Assembly: GCA_905478415.1 (NCBI GenBank)
Contig: CAJQIG010000002.1
Span: 5,573-69,572, forward strand
DNA: 64,000 nucleotides
Reading direction: 5' to 3'
Source: an uncultured Patescibacteria group bacterium
GTDB taxonomy: Bacteria; Patescibacteriota; Microgenomatia; UBA1400; PJMF01
This document shows positions 19,712 through 29,535 of this stretch, in pieces. Position 1 is the stretch's first letter, and each line of letters begins with the position of its first letter. Below the pieces are notes generated by a model. That model did not search any database. It had not been told where the DNA came from and saw only the letters and a list, made by a program, of their open reading frames with translations. The translations under genes and the position numbers were made by a program.

Positions 19712-20512
19712 CTATTCTTCTGTATGTCGGTAAATAACCTTACCAGCAAACATCTTGATAACTTTATGACTCCACTCAACAAGCCAACGGATGCTATACC
19801 GAGGACTTTTTTTCTTTCCAGCCTTCTCTTCTTCTTCTGTAATAGGCAACACAATGACTGGCCTCGATGGGTAGTTGGTCGTTGCTTGTTCGGACGTCCC
19901 ATCAGCAATGACAACTTCTTGTGGCTCTTGTGCAGAAAAATCTTCAACTCTTTGTAAAAATCCTTCGACTTCAACGGGAACTTCGGGGTTTCTTTCTGTT
20001 TCTATATGTTGCACTGCCCCGCCCGCATCAACTGATGCTACATCTGGAGCTGCTGGTCGCTCAAAGTTTTCCTTAGCAGAAGCTGGAGCTGGGTTTGGAG
20101 GATTAAGTGGGTCTTCGACTTCCTGAATAGTCGACAGCACTGCTTGAGCGGCTGCGCCTTCTGAAGCCTGAGCTGGTTGAACTGTAGGGGCCACTGGTGT
20201 TGGCACAGGAGCGGGTGGCTCCACCGCAACAGGTACTTCTGGTTGGGGAGTAACAGGAGTATCTCCACTAGAGTTAACAATAGACTCAAGTAAATCGAGC
20301 GCATCACTACTAGTAGCTGGAACAGTTGGGGTTGCCGTCTGAACCGGAGTTTGAGATGGCGCTGGTGGTTGAGGAGCAGCTGGCTGCACTGGAGGTTGGG
20401 CAGGTTGAGGATCAGGCTGGGCAACTGGTTCCGGAGAAACTGCGGCTTGTCCTTGATCTGCTGGCTGTTGGCCACCAGTAAATGCTCCCATCATACTATT
20501 GGGGTCAATCAT
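19712..20512 (-). CDS. Hypothetical Pro/Gln-rich protein with an ordered C-terminal domain
   Basis: Low-complexity N-terminus; C-terminal VLPITEEE...SIRWLVEW; abuts the ATPase gene; start 8 nt after TGcTATTAT. Confidence 0.75.
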   Translation of the reverse strand: MIDPNSMMGAFTGGQQPADQGQAAVSPEPVAQPDPQPAQPPVQPAAPQPPAPSQTPVQTATPTVPATSSDALDLLESIVNSSGDTPVTPQPEVPVAVEPPAPVPTPVAPTVQPAQASEGAAAQAVLSTIQEVEDPLNPPNPAPASAKENFERPAAPDVASVDAGGAVQHIETERNPEVPVEVEGFLQRVEDFSAQEPQEVVIADGTSEQATTNYPSRPVIVLPITEEEEKAGKKKSPRYSIRWLVEWSHKVIKMFAGKVIYRHTEE

Positions 20513-20549
20513 TACACTCCATAATAGCACTTCTTGGCAGGCAAAAAAA

Positions 20550-21053
20550 TCAGTAATTACAGATAGTGCCGGGCACAATGCCAAGTTCAGCAGCTTTGCC
20601 AGCAGGAAGCTCTAGTACTCTATTGACTGGCTCTGATGGTGAATACGTTGGCAGCGCTTTCTGTTCTGGTTTTGGTTTTGGTACAGATGCTGAAATATCG
20701 ACAACTGTGTCATCATTCAACCACACAATATCAATATCGAACTTCATATCAGGCATCCAAAATCGTGGGGTTCTAAGCTCCGGAAATATAAAAAGCATGC
20801 CATCAGCTCCAATTTCCTCTCTGCCACTGAGTCCTTGGGTTGTGCTTTCTGGTGAGGTAACGACTTCCACCTCAAGTGGAATGGTTCCAACCATAATAGT
20901 TCGTCGCTCTCGATCTGTAAATGAAGTATCTACTTTACTCAAAGCTGCTTGCTGTGCCGCCATAGGAACTCCATTCTGTGTTTTATTAATCCAAAAGAAG
21001 ATGGTCAACAAAGAAAGTACTGCTAAACTACTAATCACTATTTTTTGCTTCAT
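20550..21053 (-). CDS. DUF192 family protein
   Basis: QGLSGR, GMLFIF, FWMPDMKFDIDIVW, VLELPAG. Confidence 0.88.
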   Translation of the reverse strand: MKQKIVISSLAVLSLLTIFFWINKTQNGVPMAAQQAALSKVDTSFTDRERRTIMVGTIPLEVEVVTSPESTTQGLSGREEIGADGMLFIFPELRTPRFWMPDMKFDIDIVWLNDDTVVDISASVPKPKPEQKALPTYSPSEPVNRVLELPAGKAAELGIVPGTICNY

Positions 21054-21813
21054 ATACATTCCATTTGTAATTAAAAAACATCCATACTCCAAGTAGTATC
21101 AATAAAATAAGTTGATTTATTCCTAACATACCAAGTACTTGCGGCTTGTCTATTCGTAGAAAATCAAGCAAAAATCGAAATCCGGCGTAAAAACCAACCA
21201 GACTAAAAATAAAGGCTCCTGATCCCAATTTCCATGATTTCTGCTTTTTCCAAAGAAAGATACCAAACGCGACCATACCCAGAGCTTCATACAAAAAGAG
21301 AGGATGATACCGCTCGATGTTCTCAAAGTTAGGTAGACGATGTGTTGCTTCAATAAAAATACCCCAGGGAAGACTTGTTGGCCGCCCATACAACTCCTGG
21401 TTAATATAGTTGCCCCACCGACCAATAGCTTGTCCAAAAGGAAACCCTATGGCCGCACTATCCAAGAGAGCCCTGACTGGAATTTGAGAAAATTTCTTTT
21501 TTTGAAGAAAAAAGATAGTTATGCCTCCAAACAACAAACCACCTAGAATACTGAGACCACCATTCCAAATAGAAAAAATTGCCCTCCAATTATCAATGTA
21601 CAAATAGTAGTCGGTAACCACATGCCACAGTCGAGCTCCAAGAATACTCACTACAAGTACACCACCCGCAGCAGTATAAAATGATGATTCACTAATCGAA
21701 AACTTGTCTTTCAACCGAGAATAAGTAATCTGCAATCCGGTACTAATTGCAATTCCAAGGATGAGTCCATACAGATGAAACGTCACACCAGCTACTGTAA
21801 ATTCTGAAATCAT
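21031..21813 (-). CDS. lgt: Prolipoprotein diacylglyceryl transferase
   Basis: LYGL, GARLWHV, IWNGGLSILGG, QAIGRWGNYINQELYG, HPLFLYE. Confidence 0.95.
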   Translation of the reverse strand: MISEFTVAGVTFHLYGLILGIAISTGLQITYSRLKDKFSISESSFYTAAGGVLVVSILGARLWHVVTDYYLYIDNWRAIFSIWNGGLSILGGLLFGGITIFFLQKKKFSQIPVRALLDSAAIGFPFGQAIGRWGNYINQELYGRPTSLPWGIFIEATHRLPNFENIERYHPLFLYEALGMVAFGIFLWKKQKSWKLGSGAFIFSLVGFYAGFRFLLDFLRIDKPQVLGMLGINQLILLILLGVWMFFNYKWNVYEAKNSD

Positions 21814-21814
21814 A

Positions 21815-22303
21815 TTAAAAAACAAACAATTGTAAAACTAAGTACAGCCAAAAGAATAACAATCCACCTCTATACAGCTGTACTTGCTCAGCAGATACAG
21901 CTACTTTCAGTTGTGATAAAAATGTTGCATTAAAACTGTTCGTATCTCCTCCTAAAAATAACATTTCCAATAAAATACTCGAAAAAAGGCTAAAGTACAC
22001 GCCCATACCCATAGCACTTCCGGAAGAAGTTAGTAAAAAAATGCCAAGTGGAATCAAAGCCATCACAAACAACAATGAACGCGTCATCACTATTTTTTTC
22101 TGTACTCCTTGTTCTGCATACCGAGCCGCAAATACCTTTTGATCTAACACTAACAATGCTAATCCAAGTAGTGATCCTATAGAAAAAAGAGTTGCTTCTA
22201 GCCAAACTGAGCTGCCTAAACGAGCTACGAAAAAATAATAGGCGGCACTTGCCAACAGGGCCACAATAACTTGTACTACTATAACGAAGTTCGGTGATTT
22301 CAT
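21815..22303 (-). CDS. Hypothetical multi-pass membrane protein
   Basis: Several hydrophobic segments; tightly packed in the operon. Confidence 0.75.
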   Translation of the reverse strand: MKSPNFVIVVQVIVALLASAAYYFFVARLGSSVWLEATLFSIGSLLGLALLVLDQKVFAARYAEQGVQKKIVMTRSLLFVMALIPLGIFLLTSSGSAMGMGVYFSLFSSILLEMLFLGGDTNSFNATFLSQLKVAVSAEQVQLYRGGLLFFWLYLVLQLFVF

Positions 22304-22308
22304 AAGAG

Positions 22309-23601
22309 TTACTTTGCTAATTTATATCGTAACACAAGTGCAACATTGGCATTAATTTTTTCTCGGAATGCATATGAATCGTGAAACTCTCTCAGTAGTC
22401 TCTCGTGCACAATTTTTAGTTCTGACTGTGGAACTCCATCACCAAACACAAGCACGGTATTACCTGCTTCGATAGCTTGCAAAGCGACATCTTCAAGGAA
22501 TACTGTTTCGTTATCAACTCCTGTAGCTTTCATTTCTAAAGCATCGGTAAAAGTTAAAACTTGTGGATACTTTTCATACAGTTGTCCCACACAATCTTTA
22601 CTGAGTGAACATGGAGCAGTAGCATTTTGATTTTCTACACCAACGTGACTGGTCATGACACCGCTGTATGGATACACGTCTAAAATTGTTGAATAGAGTT
22701 CGACATCATCATCGGTGACCGTCACCGTATCAAAACTTGTGTGCAGATCTTTTTTTGCACCCCCAATTCCTGGAAAATGTTTGAGAACAGGCAGCACTTT
22801 GAACTCATTAAAGATTGATACGAACTCCGTTGAGGCCTCATAAATCACCAGTGGTTCATTTGAACAAATACGAGTCTTAAGAATCGGGTGGTTCTTCGCA
22901 CTATCAAGCATTGGCGCTAACACCGCATCCACACCGACATCATGCAACTCAGTTGCAGATTGTGTAAGTAAAGCTACTCGATCTTCTGACTGCATTTGAC
23001 ACTGTTCTTGCCAACTTGGGAGATCAGTAAAACCTGTTCCACTAAACCTCTGAACACTACCTCCTTCGTGGTCAACTAGGATCCATCGGGGAACTGGCCC
23101 CAATGAGGTTTCTTTTAAGAAAGAAATTATTTTCTGTCCCTGAAAAAAAGATATGTTCGAACCAAACAGTGTCGCAAAACCCCAGTTTTCTAGAAATAAT
23201 GGCTGGGCTGACGACCCAGCAGCATCACCAGTGGGAGTCGTCTCCCCCGTTAGGAAGCCCACATAGGCAGGAGAAGTGTCTCCAGATACAGCCTCTGCAA
23301 GGGCAGACATACTGGCTGACATTTCTTCAGCATCAATGGGAACAGCAATCAATTGTGCAATTTTATCTTCCGGAGAAAAGGTGGCAACAAGTGCTTCAAT
23401 TTCTTCTTGAGTATCGGTAACATTCACTGTGTTTTGAATTGGTTCTTGAGAAGCGATCTCTTCAGAAATTCCTTGCTTCTCCGGCATGAACTCTAATTCC
23501 GAGAACGGTTTAAAGAAATAGTTTGCACCCATTAACACAGCCATGACAGCCAAGATTGCAATGAGTATATAGGTGGTAATAGGAGACTTTTTGCTACTCA
23601 T
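22309..23601 (-). CDS. Glycoside hydrolase family 3, NagZ-like beta-N-acetylhexosaminidase, membrane-anchored
   Basis: VDHEGGSVQR, KHFPGIG-x4-DLH, MTSH, TDALEM; N-terminal TM. Confidence 0.88.
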   Translation of the reverse strand: MSSKKSPITTYILIAILAVMAVLMGANYFFKPFSELEFMPEKQGISEEIASQEPIQNTVNVTDTQEEIEALVATFSPEDKIAQLIAVPIDAEEMSASMSALAEAVSGDTSPAYVGFLTGETTPTGDAAGSSAQPLFLENWGFATLFGSNISFFQGQKIISFLKETSLGPVPRWILVDHEGGSVQRFSGTGFTDLPSWQEQCQMQSEDRVALLTQSATELHDVGVDAVLAPMLDSAKNHPILKTRICSNEPLVIYEASTEFVSIFNEFKVLPVLKHFPGIGGAKKDLHTSFDTVTVTDDDVELYSTILDVYPYSGVMTSHVGVENQNATAPCSLSKDCVGQLYEKYPQVLTFTDALEMKATGVDNETVFLEDVALQAIEAGNTVLVFGDGVPQSELKIVHERLLREFHDSYAFREKINANVALVLRYKLAK

Positions 23602-23924
23602 AAAAGTGGTATCTGTTTAGCATTAGCAGTTTTTTTATTTTTACTCTCAGTCTTTAGTTGTGAAACTTTCCACATAAAGAGCTTTGCTTTGCTTTTTGCT
23701 GACGCTGCATCTGAAACAAAACTCAGAGCTCGTTCAAGAATGCTTCGGTCAACTTCCTTTGCCATCTTCATGTATAAAGACTTATGTTTTAAATCATTGA
23801 GCTTGACTGCCAGTTGGTATCCAAAATCTTGGAATTCCTGACTGATATATTTATTTTTCGTGACAGTATACTCGGTAAATAAATCACCTATACCTGAAAA
23901 TCCACTGTCTTTCTTTTTAGCCAT
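23598..23924 (-). CDS. Hypothetical protein
   Basis: 108-aa ORF overlapping both neighbours in the operon. Confidence 0.7.
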   Translation of the reverse strand: MAKKKDSGFSGIGDLFTEYTVTKNKYISQEFQDFGYQLAVKLNDLKHKSLYMKMAKEVDRSILERALSFVSDAASAKSKAKLFMWKVSQLKTESKNKKTANAKQIPLL

Positions 23925-25152
23925 CTAAGCTTTCTTTGTCTTTCATGAGGACCGAGAGTGATACTCCAATTGCTGCGAATAAAAAGAGAGAGTCCCAGCC
24001 AAGACCAACAACGAAAAATGTTGCAAAAATTGACCAAAAACAAATTGACGTAATATTTAGTATTATTTCTCGATACACAAAGTATGAAAGAGCATTTCTT
24101 CCCTTACCTCGCTTCATCATAATCATGTCATAAAAAAGCCAGTGAAAGTTCGAGGTCAGTCTATCAACAACATCAATAATCGCAATACCCAAAATCGATA
24201 AAAATTGTGTACGTATCAGCCAAAGTGCTGTTAAGACACCCCCACTTAAAAGGAATGGCTTTCGACTTTTTGTATGGTCAATATAGACACTGACAAAAAA
24301 GGTAAACATCATGGCAATAAAAAGTGAGATGGTGTAAAGGTACCCAACTTTATCTACTGAACCCAAAAAGATAAACACATAGAGTGGCCATACATAGAGC
24401 GCTGCGTCATTAATATACCTTCCTGCCAATGAAATAGTAAATTTTTTAAATCGATTTTCCTTGAGCCAAGTAAAGAATTCTTTATACGATACCGTATCCT
24501 TCTGATACTTGAGTGTCATCTGGAGTGTCAAGATAAACCCAATCAAGTTTCCTACTAAAGCCACCAAAAATAAAGATTCTAATCCGGAAACCAAGGCTAT
24601 ATAGCCACTAATAGCTGGGCTGACAACTGCAACCAATTGAAGCAAGAACTGCAAAATTCCCAGATCCTGCCCCATATTATTCTTAAGTGTGTTCTGTGAA
24701 AGAACAGTGTAGTAACTTGGCCAAAACATACTCGACTGAACACCATCAAATAACACAGCTAAAAAAATGGTCCAAGGTGTAGTTGCACTCACAAACATAA
24801 ATAACAAAGCTATTAAACGAAGTACATATGAAAAAATCATTGATTTTTGATACCCAACTCGACCAGTCATTTGGGCAATGGGAATAGCGAATAGAGCCCC
24901 AATAATTCCATATAATACGTAGTGAACGCCCAAAGCCAAAATGCCCTGAGTGAAGGCGGGAAGTCCTGTAAAGGCGTATAAACCGCTAGTGTTCCCAAGT
25001 TGAAAGAGGTAAATAGGTAGAAAGAAGAAAGCTAATTTATTAACTAAGTCACGAGCTACTCGAACACCGTATAAGTAGCGCAAGTTAGTACTATCGTCCG
25101 AGTGAATATGGATATGTGGTAAATGAAGATGATGGTCTCGATATCTTGGCAT
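23917..25152 (-). CDS. MFS-like transporter
   Basis: About 12 hydrophobic segments in two halves, FLPIYL and VSPAISG patterns. Confidence 0.75.
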   Translation of the reverse strand: MPRYRDHHLHLPHIHIHSDDSTNLRYLYGVRVARDLVNKLAFFFLPIYLFQLGNTSGLYAFTGLPAFTQGILALGVHYVLYGIIGALFAIPIAQMTGRVGYQKSMIFSYVLRLIALLFMFVSATTPWTIFLAVLFDGVQSSMFWPSYYTVLSQNTLKNNMGQDLGILQFLLQLVAVVSPAISGYIALVSGLESLFLVALVGNLIGFILTLQMTLKYQKDTVSYKEFFTWLKENRFKKFTISLAGRYINDAALYVWPLYVFIFLGSVDKVGYLYTISLFIAMMFTFFVSVYIDHTKSRKPFLLSGGVLTALWLIRTQFLSILGIAIIDVVDRLTSNFHWLFYDMIMMKRGKGRNALSYFVYREIILNITSICFWSIFATFFVVGLGWDSLFLFAAIGVSLSVLMKDKESLDG

Positions 25153-25206
25153 ACTTCATGGTAACAAACTTACTGACACTATGAAATAGGACAGTACACA
25201 ACTGAG

Positions 25207-25749
25207 TTAAGAAATTTTTTCCACAATTTCTGGAACTATGGATTCCAGTAAGATTCGCTTAAAAGTAGCTTCTTCTTCCAAAGAAAAGTTCTGTAATACA
25301 TATGAGTGACCCGGAATCGATCTATCTCCATTTCGACCATCAATACCCAGGCGTGCATACCAAAAATGCTCAATTCCAAGATATGATTGTACTGACTGAA
25401 TACCATTGTGAACTTTTGGACTTTTGTTTTTCTGAACTTTATACTCTCCAAAAGCAATATCAAGATCATCATGCAAAACAATGATATTTTCATCGAGAGG
25501 CTGTGTAATTTTGTCCTTGAAGAAATCTAAGACCGCTCTCACTGCTCGACCAGACTCATTCATAAATGTCTGTGGTTTCACTAAAATATACTCATTATTC
25601 TTAGTAATTTCTGCTTGAAGATTTTTTTTGAAGGAGAACTCTGGTAAACCCAATGTAGCCTGCAGTACATCTAATGCAATAAAACCCGCATTGTGACGTG
25701 TCCGAAGGTACTTAAATCCAGGGTTACCCAAACCAATAATAAGTTTCAT
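25207..25749 (-). CDS. pth: Peptidyl-tRNA hydrolase
   Basis: MKLIIGLGNPG, TRHNAGF, KPQTFMNESG, HDDLD, HNG. Confidence 0.96.
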   Translation of the reverse strand: MKLIIGLGNPGFKYLRTRHNAGFIALDVLQATLGLPEFSFKKNLQAEITKNNEYILVKPQTFMNESGRAVRAVLDFFKDKITQPLDENIIVLHDDLDIAFGEYKVQKNKSPKVHNGIQSVQSYLGIEHFWYARLGIDGRNGDRSIPGHSYVLQNFSLEEEATFKRILLESIVPEIVEKIS

Positions 25750-25784
25750 ACTCTGTATTGTAACAGTGTTGTATACTGGAGACC
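25750..25784. promoter_or_regulatory. Back-to-back -10 boxes for divergent, apparently leaderless genes
   Basis: Minus TACAAT (25762-25757) 7 nt before the pth ATG; plus TATACT (25772-25777) 7 nt before the GT2 ATG. Confidence 0.65.
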
Positions 25785-26654
25785 ATGCAAAAAGCTCAGC
25801 AAACAAAGAAACCATTTTTCTCCATTATTATTCCCAGTCTTAACGAAGAGAAGTATCTCCCTCTGCTGTTAGAGGATTTGGCGCAACAAACATTTACCAA
25901 CTTTGAGGTTATTCATGTAGATGGAAACTCTGAAGACAAAACGGTTGCTGCTGCCACTGCTTTTTCAAAAAAACTCACAATCACGAGCACTGTTACTACA
26001 GTACAAAATGTCAGTCATCAGCGAAACCTTGGCATTGAGGAAGCCAATGCTAACTGGCTTATTTTTATGGACTCCGATAATAGGCTGCCTGCTTTTTTCC
26101 TCGAGGGAATTAAGTATCACCTTACTAAGAACAAAAAAATTGATCTGTTTACAACACTCATTGACGTCGAACAATACTCTATTGCAAACAAATCAATCAT
26201 GATTTTAACTAATGTTCTCTTAGAAATCCTTGCCAAGGTTAAGCCATCTGGCCCTGGGTCTATGATAGGTGTCCGAAAAAAACTTGCTAAAAAGTTTCCT
26301 TTCGATACTACTGTGCCTCTCTCTGAGGACCACCTCTTTATAGAAACGCTCACACAAGATGGCCATACATTTGTGTGTCTCAAAGACCCTCAATATGAGT
26401 ACTCTCTGAGAAGACTTGAACAGAACGGAACGTTAAAAACTATTAGAATGAATACTACCATTTACTTAAAATATTTTTTAGGACTTGATCTTGAACACGA
26501 AAGTCGAGAATATCCTATGAATGGTGGTGGATCATACTCCCCTAAAGATATTTCAAAACTCAAGCAACTCTTAAATATAAATAAACTCAACGAAAAAATA
26601 CTTCCTTTTAACCTGATAAAGAAACTCCTCAAATCAATTTCCGAACAACTGTAA
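25785..26654 (+). CDS. Glycosyltransferase family 2
   Basis: SIIIPSLNEE, VDGNSEDKT, RNLG, FMDSD (DxD), SED. Confidence 0.92.
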   Translation: MQKAQQTKKPFFSIIIPSLNEEKYLPLLLEDLAQQTFTNFEVIHVDGNSEDKTVAAATAFSKKLTITSTVTTVQNVSHQRNLGIEEANANWLIFMDSDNRLPAFFLEGIKYHLTKNKKIDLFTTLIDVEQYSIANKSIMILTNVLLEILAKVKPSGPGSMIGVRKKLAKKFPFDTTVPLSEDHLFIETLTQDGHTFVCLKDPQYEYSLRRLEQNGTLKTIRMNTTIYLKYFLGLDLEHESREYPMNGGGSYSPKDISKLKQLLNINKLNEKILPFNLIKKLLKSISEQL

Positions 26655-27738
26655 GCAGCCGCTGTCCACTTTTTTTGTTATCATCAGCAACTGCTGCTAC
26701 TGATTTCTCAAATGGATCTAAGAGTGAGGGATCAGTAATAATAGATTCAAGCAACTTGCTGGCCCCAATTAGACTTTCTTCGACAAAGCCGAGTTTTTGG
26801 TTTTGAATAATTTCTAAGTTGATATCTTCTTGGCCTGCTACATGGGTAATTGCAAAAAATGGAGTCTTCGTAGCGATACTTTCAAACAGCATATTCGGAC
26901 CTGCTTTACCAACCACAATATCAGCAGCTTGCATATGTTCGTGAATCTTCTTTGTAAAGCCAAGGACGCGAACCTCGATATCTGGAGAAATTTTCTTGAT
27001 AAATTTAGATAAAATAGAAACTTGCTCAGATAACAGCTTACTCTTACCGCAAGCAACAGTAATAACTGCTGCTTCATTCACTCTCAAGAGTGACGGTAGT
27101 ATTTTTGTAATCGCGCTGGTTCCTTCTGATCCAGATGCAATCAAAACATGAAATGTGTCTGAAGAAATGTTGTATTTTTTCCTCATGGCTGTTGGTGAAT
27201 AGTCTGCTTCAAACCGAGGACGAACAAACCAACCAGTAGTATAAAAAGTTGCTTCAGGGTATTTTTCTTCTAAATCAAACCGAGTCTCGTCATTTATGAC
27301 CAAGTTATAATCTGCTTTCAAAGCTATCTCGGCAGGGTGAGAAACACCAGGGTTTGCAAGGACATTAAGCAAAGGTAGTGCTTTTTGCTTGCAAATTTTT
27401 TCAAGTGAAGAATTGTAAACAAAATTGGTATTAATACAGAGATCTGGCTTTTCTTTCTCAATAAATGCCTCTATATCACCTGCAAATTTTCGATGTGACA
27501 AACTCGAAAACACATCAGTGACCTTCTGCATTTTACTCAGAGTATACGGCACACTAAATACTGATGGGGCAAATTTGTAAATCATGCCGTACTCTTTCAT
27601 GAGTACCGAGTTCGAAAAAAACTGAACAACTTCAAATTCATCACCCGCTAACTGCTCAATTTTTTGAGTTACTGCTTCGGCAATGCTGAGGTGTCCTTGG
27701 GGTGTTGTAAAAACTGCAATTTTTTTCTTTTTTGACAT
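26629..27738 (-). CDS. GT28 / MGDG-synthase (UgtP)-like glycosyltransferase
   Basis: GHLSIAEA, VRPRF, GFTKKIHEHMQAADIVVGKAGP, GQEDIN. Confidence 0.85.
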   Translation of the reverse strand: MSKKKKIAVFTTPQGHLSIAEAVTQKIEQLAGDEFEVVQFFSNSVLMKEYGMIYKFAPSVFSVPYTLSKMQKVTDVFSSLSHRKFAGDIEAFIEKEKPDLCINTNFVYNSSLEKICKQKALPLLNVLANPGVSHPAEIALKADYNLVINDETRFDLEEKYPEATFYTTGWFVRPRFEADYSPTAMRKKYNISSDTFHVLIASGSEGTSAITKILPSLLRVNEAAVITVACGKSKLLSEQVSILSKFIKKISPDIEVRVLGFTKKIHEHMQAADIVVGKAGPNMLFESIATKTPFFAITHVAGQEDINLEIIQNQKLGFVEESLIGASKLLESIITDPSLLDPFEKSVAAVADDNKKSGQRLLTVVRKLI

Positions 27739-27823
27739 ACTTCTATTATACAGTACTCTACAAACTCAAAACTTTTTAAAAACTTGAGTGGGTAAAAAAA
27801 AAGCAATGGTATACTAAGTACAT

Positions 27824-29032
27824 ATGATTGAAACTCAGCAAGTACCAGATTCGGTAGTCCTAACGCATGCTGAAAATAAAGAAAAAAACCTGAGTCCACA
27901 CGTCTATTGGCTTTCTGGGCTCACTGGCACTGAAAATAGTGGAGCTGCAATGAAGCCAGCTCTTGAGGAAGAACTCAAAAAAACATCTAGTGTTGATGAT
28001 GGTCCAGACGAAGAACGTGTCACCTACCTCCACAGTGTTGCCTCATCCCAAAAAACTGAAACAACTCCAAATTCTCCAGAAAACAGATACATAAAGTACG
28101 CCAAAGAAATTGTGGAACGACTTGAAAATAATCAGGAAACCACTATCGTTGCCCATTCATTTGGAGCTCAAGAATTCCATGTTTTGCTTACAGAACTTGA
28201 AAAACATGAATCGTTTGCTGAGCACCTAGATAAACTAACCTTAGTGTTACTCGCTCCCTACGGCGTTATTGAATCAACAAAACAGCTTCCTCGTCTTTTA
28301 AGATTTGTTGAAATTGTTCGTGCTCAGATGCCGATTGGCCCACTCAATAGTTTTAGGCAAGGACTTGAATCTTTAAGCTACTTACCACCAGCAACTATTG
28401 ATGAATCGACTCTCGAGGAAAGTATGCGTTTGCTGTTTGCAGACGCCTCGCAATACGAACAACTTCCAGAACAAAATGAAGTTGCAACTTTTAGAACGAT
28501 TAGACGTGGAGAAGGGTTCTTCACCACACTACCACCGGAACGCCAAGAAGAAATAAAAGCAAAAATTACTAAAATTGATGAACAAATGGCCACAGCAATT
28601 AAGAAAAAAAACTGGTTTATCTATAAACACCTTTTGAGAAGACGAGGCAAACTTCTCCGAAAAGAAATGGAAGAGGCTTACAAAGGCGGCATCGAGATTC
28701 CAGAACAAGGACTTGGTGAAATGTATAAAACCATGGCTCAAGCACAACTTGGTCTAACAGGTATGTACAACGCAACACTGAATGGAGAAGCCTTCCAACA
28801 TATTCAGTCGCTCACAACTCCAAACAAACTTGGTAAAAAAGTGAAAATTAGAGCCATTATTCCAGAATTTGATGTCATCTACTCGGTCGATGAACTACAA
28901 ACACTCCTAAAACTTTCTGAAGAAGAAGTTTTAGATAGTATCGCAGTACTCTCGGCAACAACACACAACTCGATGGCACTTAATTCTCGGGGACTGGCTG
29001 AAGCGGTTACTCACTTGATCAAAAATACCTAG
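27824..29032 (+). CDS. Alpha/beta-hydrolase-fold protein
   Basis: VYWLSGL, nucleophile elbow VAHSFGA, LVLLAP, C-terminal THNS. Confidence 0.65.
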   Translation: MIETQQVPDSVVLTHAENKEKNLSPHVYWLSGLTGTENSGAAMKPALEEELKKTSSVDDGPDEERVTYLHSVASSQKTETTPNSPENRYIKYAKEIVERLENNQETTIVAHSFGAQEFHVLLTELEKHESFAEHLDKLTLVLLAPYGVIESTKQLPRLLRFVEIVRAQMPIGPLNSFRQGLESLSYLPPATIDESTLEESMRLLFADASQYEQLPEQNEVATFRTIRRGEGFFTTLPPERQEEIKAKITKIDEQMATAIKKKNWFIYKHLLRRRGKLLRKEMEEAYKGGIEIPEQGLGEMYKTMAQAQLGLTGMYNATLNGEAFQHIQSLTTPNKLGKKVKIRAIIPEFDVIYSVDELQTLLKLSEEEVLDSIAVLSATTHNSMALNSRGLAEAVTHLIKNT

Positions 29033-29535
29033 TCTGCTTTCTCCACCACATATCTATCATCTTCAACAGTAACTGCAACTGCATCACTGCTGATAAGTTG
29101 TTTTGTAAACATCTCTCTTCCAGCGGGAAGTATCCATCCTGAAGAAAGTTTTGGTGAATAGAATTTTTTCACATGCCCTCGAATTAATAACTCCTCTATA
29201 ACTTTAGAAACAACTCGCGGTATATACAAACTACTATTTTCTGTTGCATCCCCCATCCTGCTGCGATGTGAGTTGCTCACATGAAACAGATAAAACGATT
29301 CTGGATCATTTGCAGCGACTGATCCATCTATGACTCCCAGCTGAGTCCCGTCGGGTTTACAAATACCAAAAGCTTGAGTAATTCTTTCAGTGTCAGCTAA
29401 CTGACTTGTAGCTTGTAACTTTCTTACTTCGATTTCTATACCAGATAAAGTTAATGAAAACAATGTTTCTTGAGGGCCTTCTAAGTCTTCAAGATTCCAA
29501 CCGGCTAAGTGAGAAAAAATCTGTCGCTCAATCAT
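29029..29535 (-). CDS. Hypothetical protein
   Basis: 168-aa ORF overlapping the ligase stop by 4 nt. Confidence 0.65.
   Translation of the reverse strand: MIERQIFSHLAGWNLEDLEGPQETLFSLTLSGIEIEVRKLQATSQLADTERITQAFGICKPDGTQLGVIDGSVAANDPESFYLFHVSNSHRSRMGDATENSSLYIPRVVSKVIEELLIRGHVKKFYSPKLSSGWILPAGREMFTKQLISSDAVAVTVEDDRYVVEKAD

Noticed and set aside
20566-21096. 176-aa plus-strand ORF and similar antisense ORFs in the track
   Set aside because: Fully antisense to well-supported genes (here DUF192), with no motifs or expression signals
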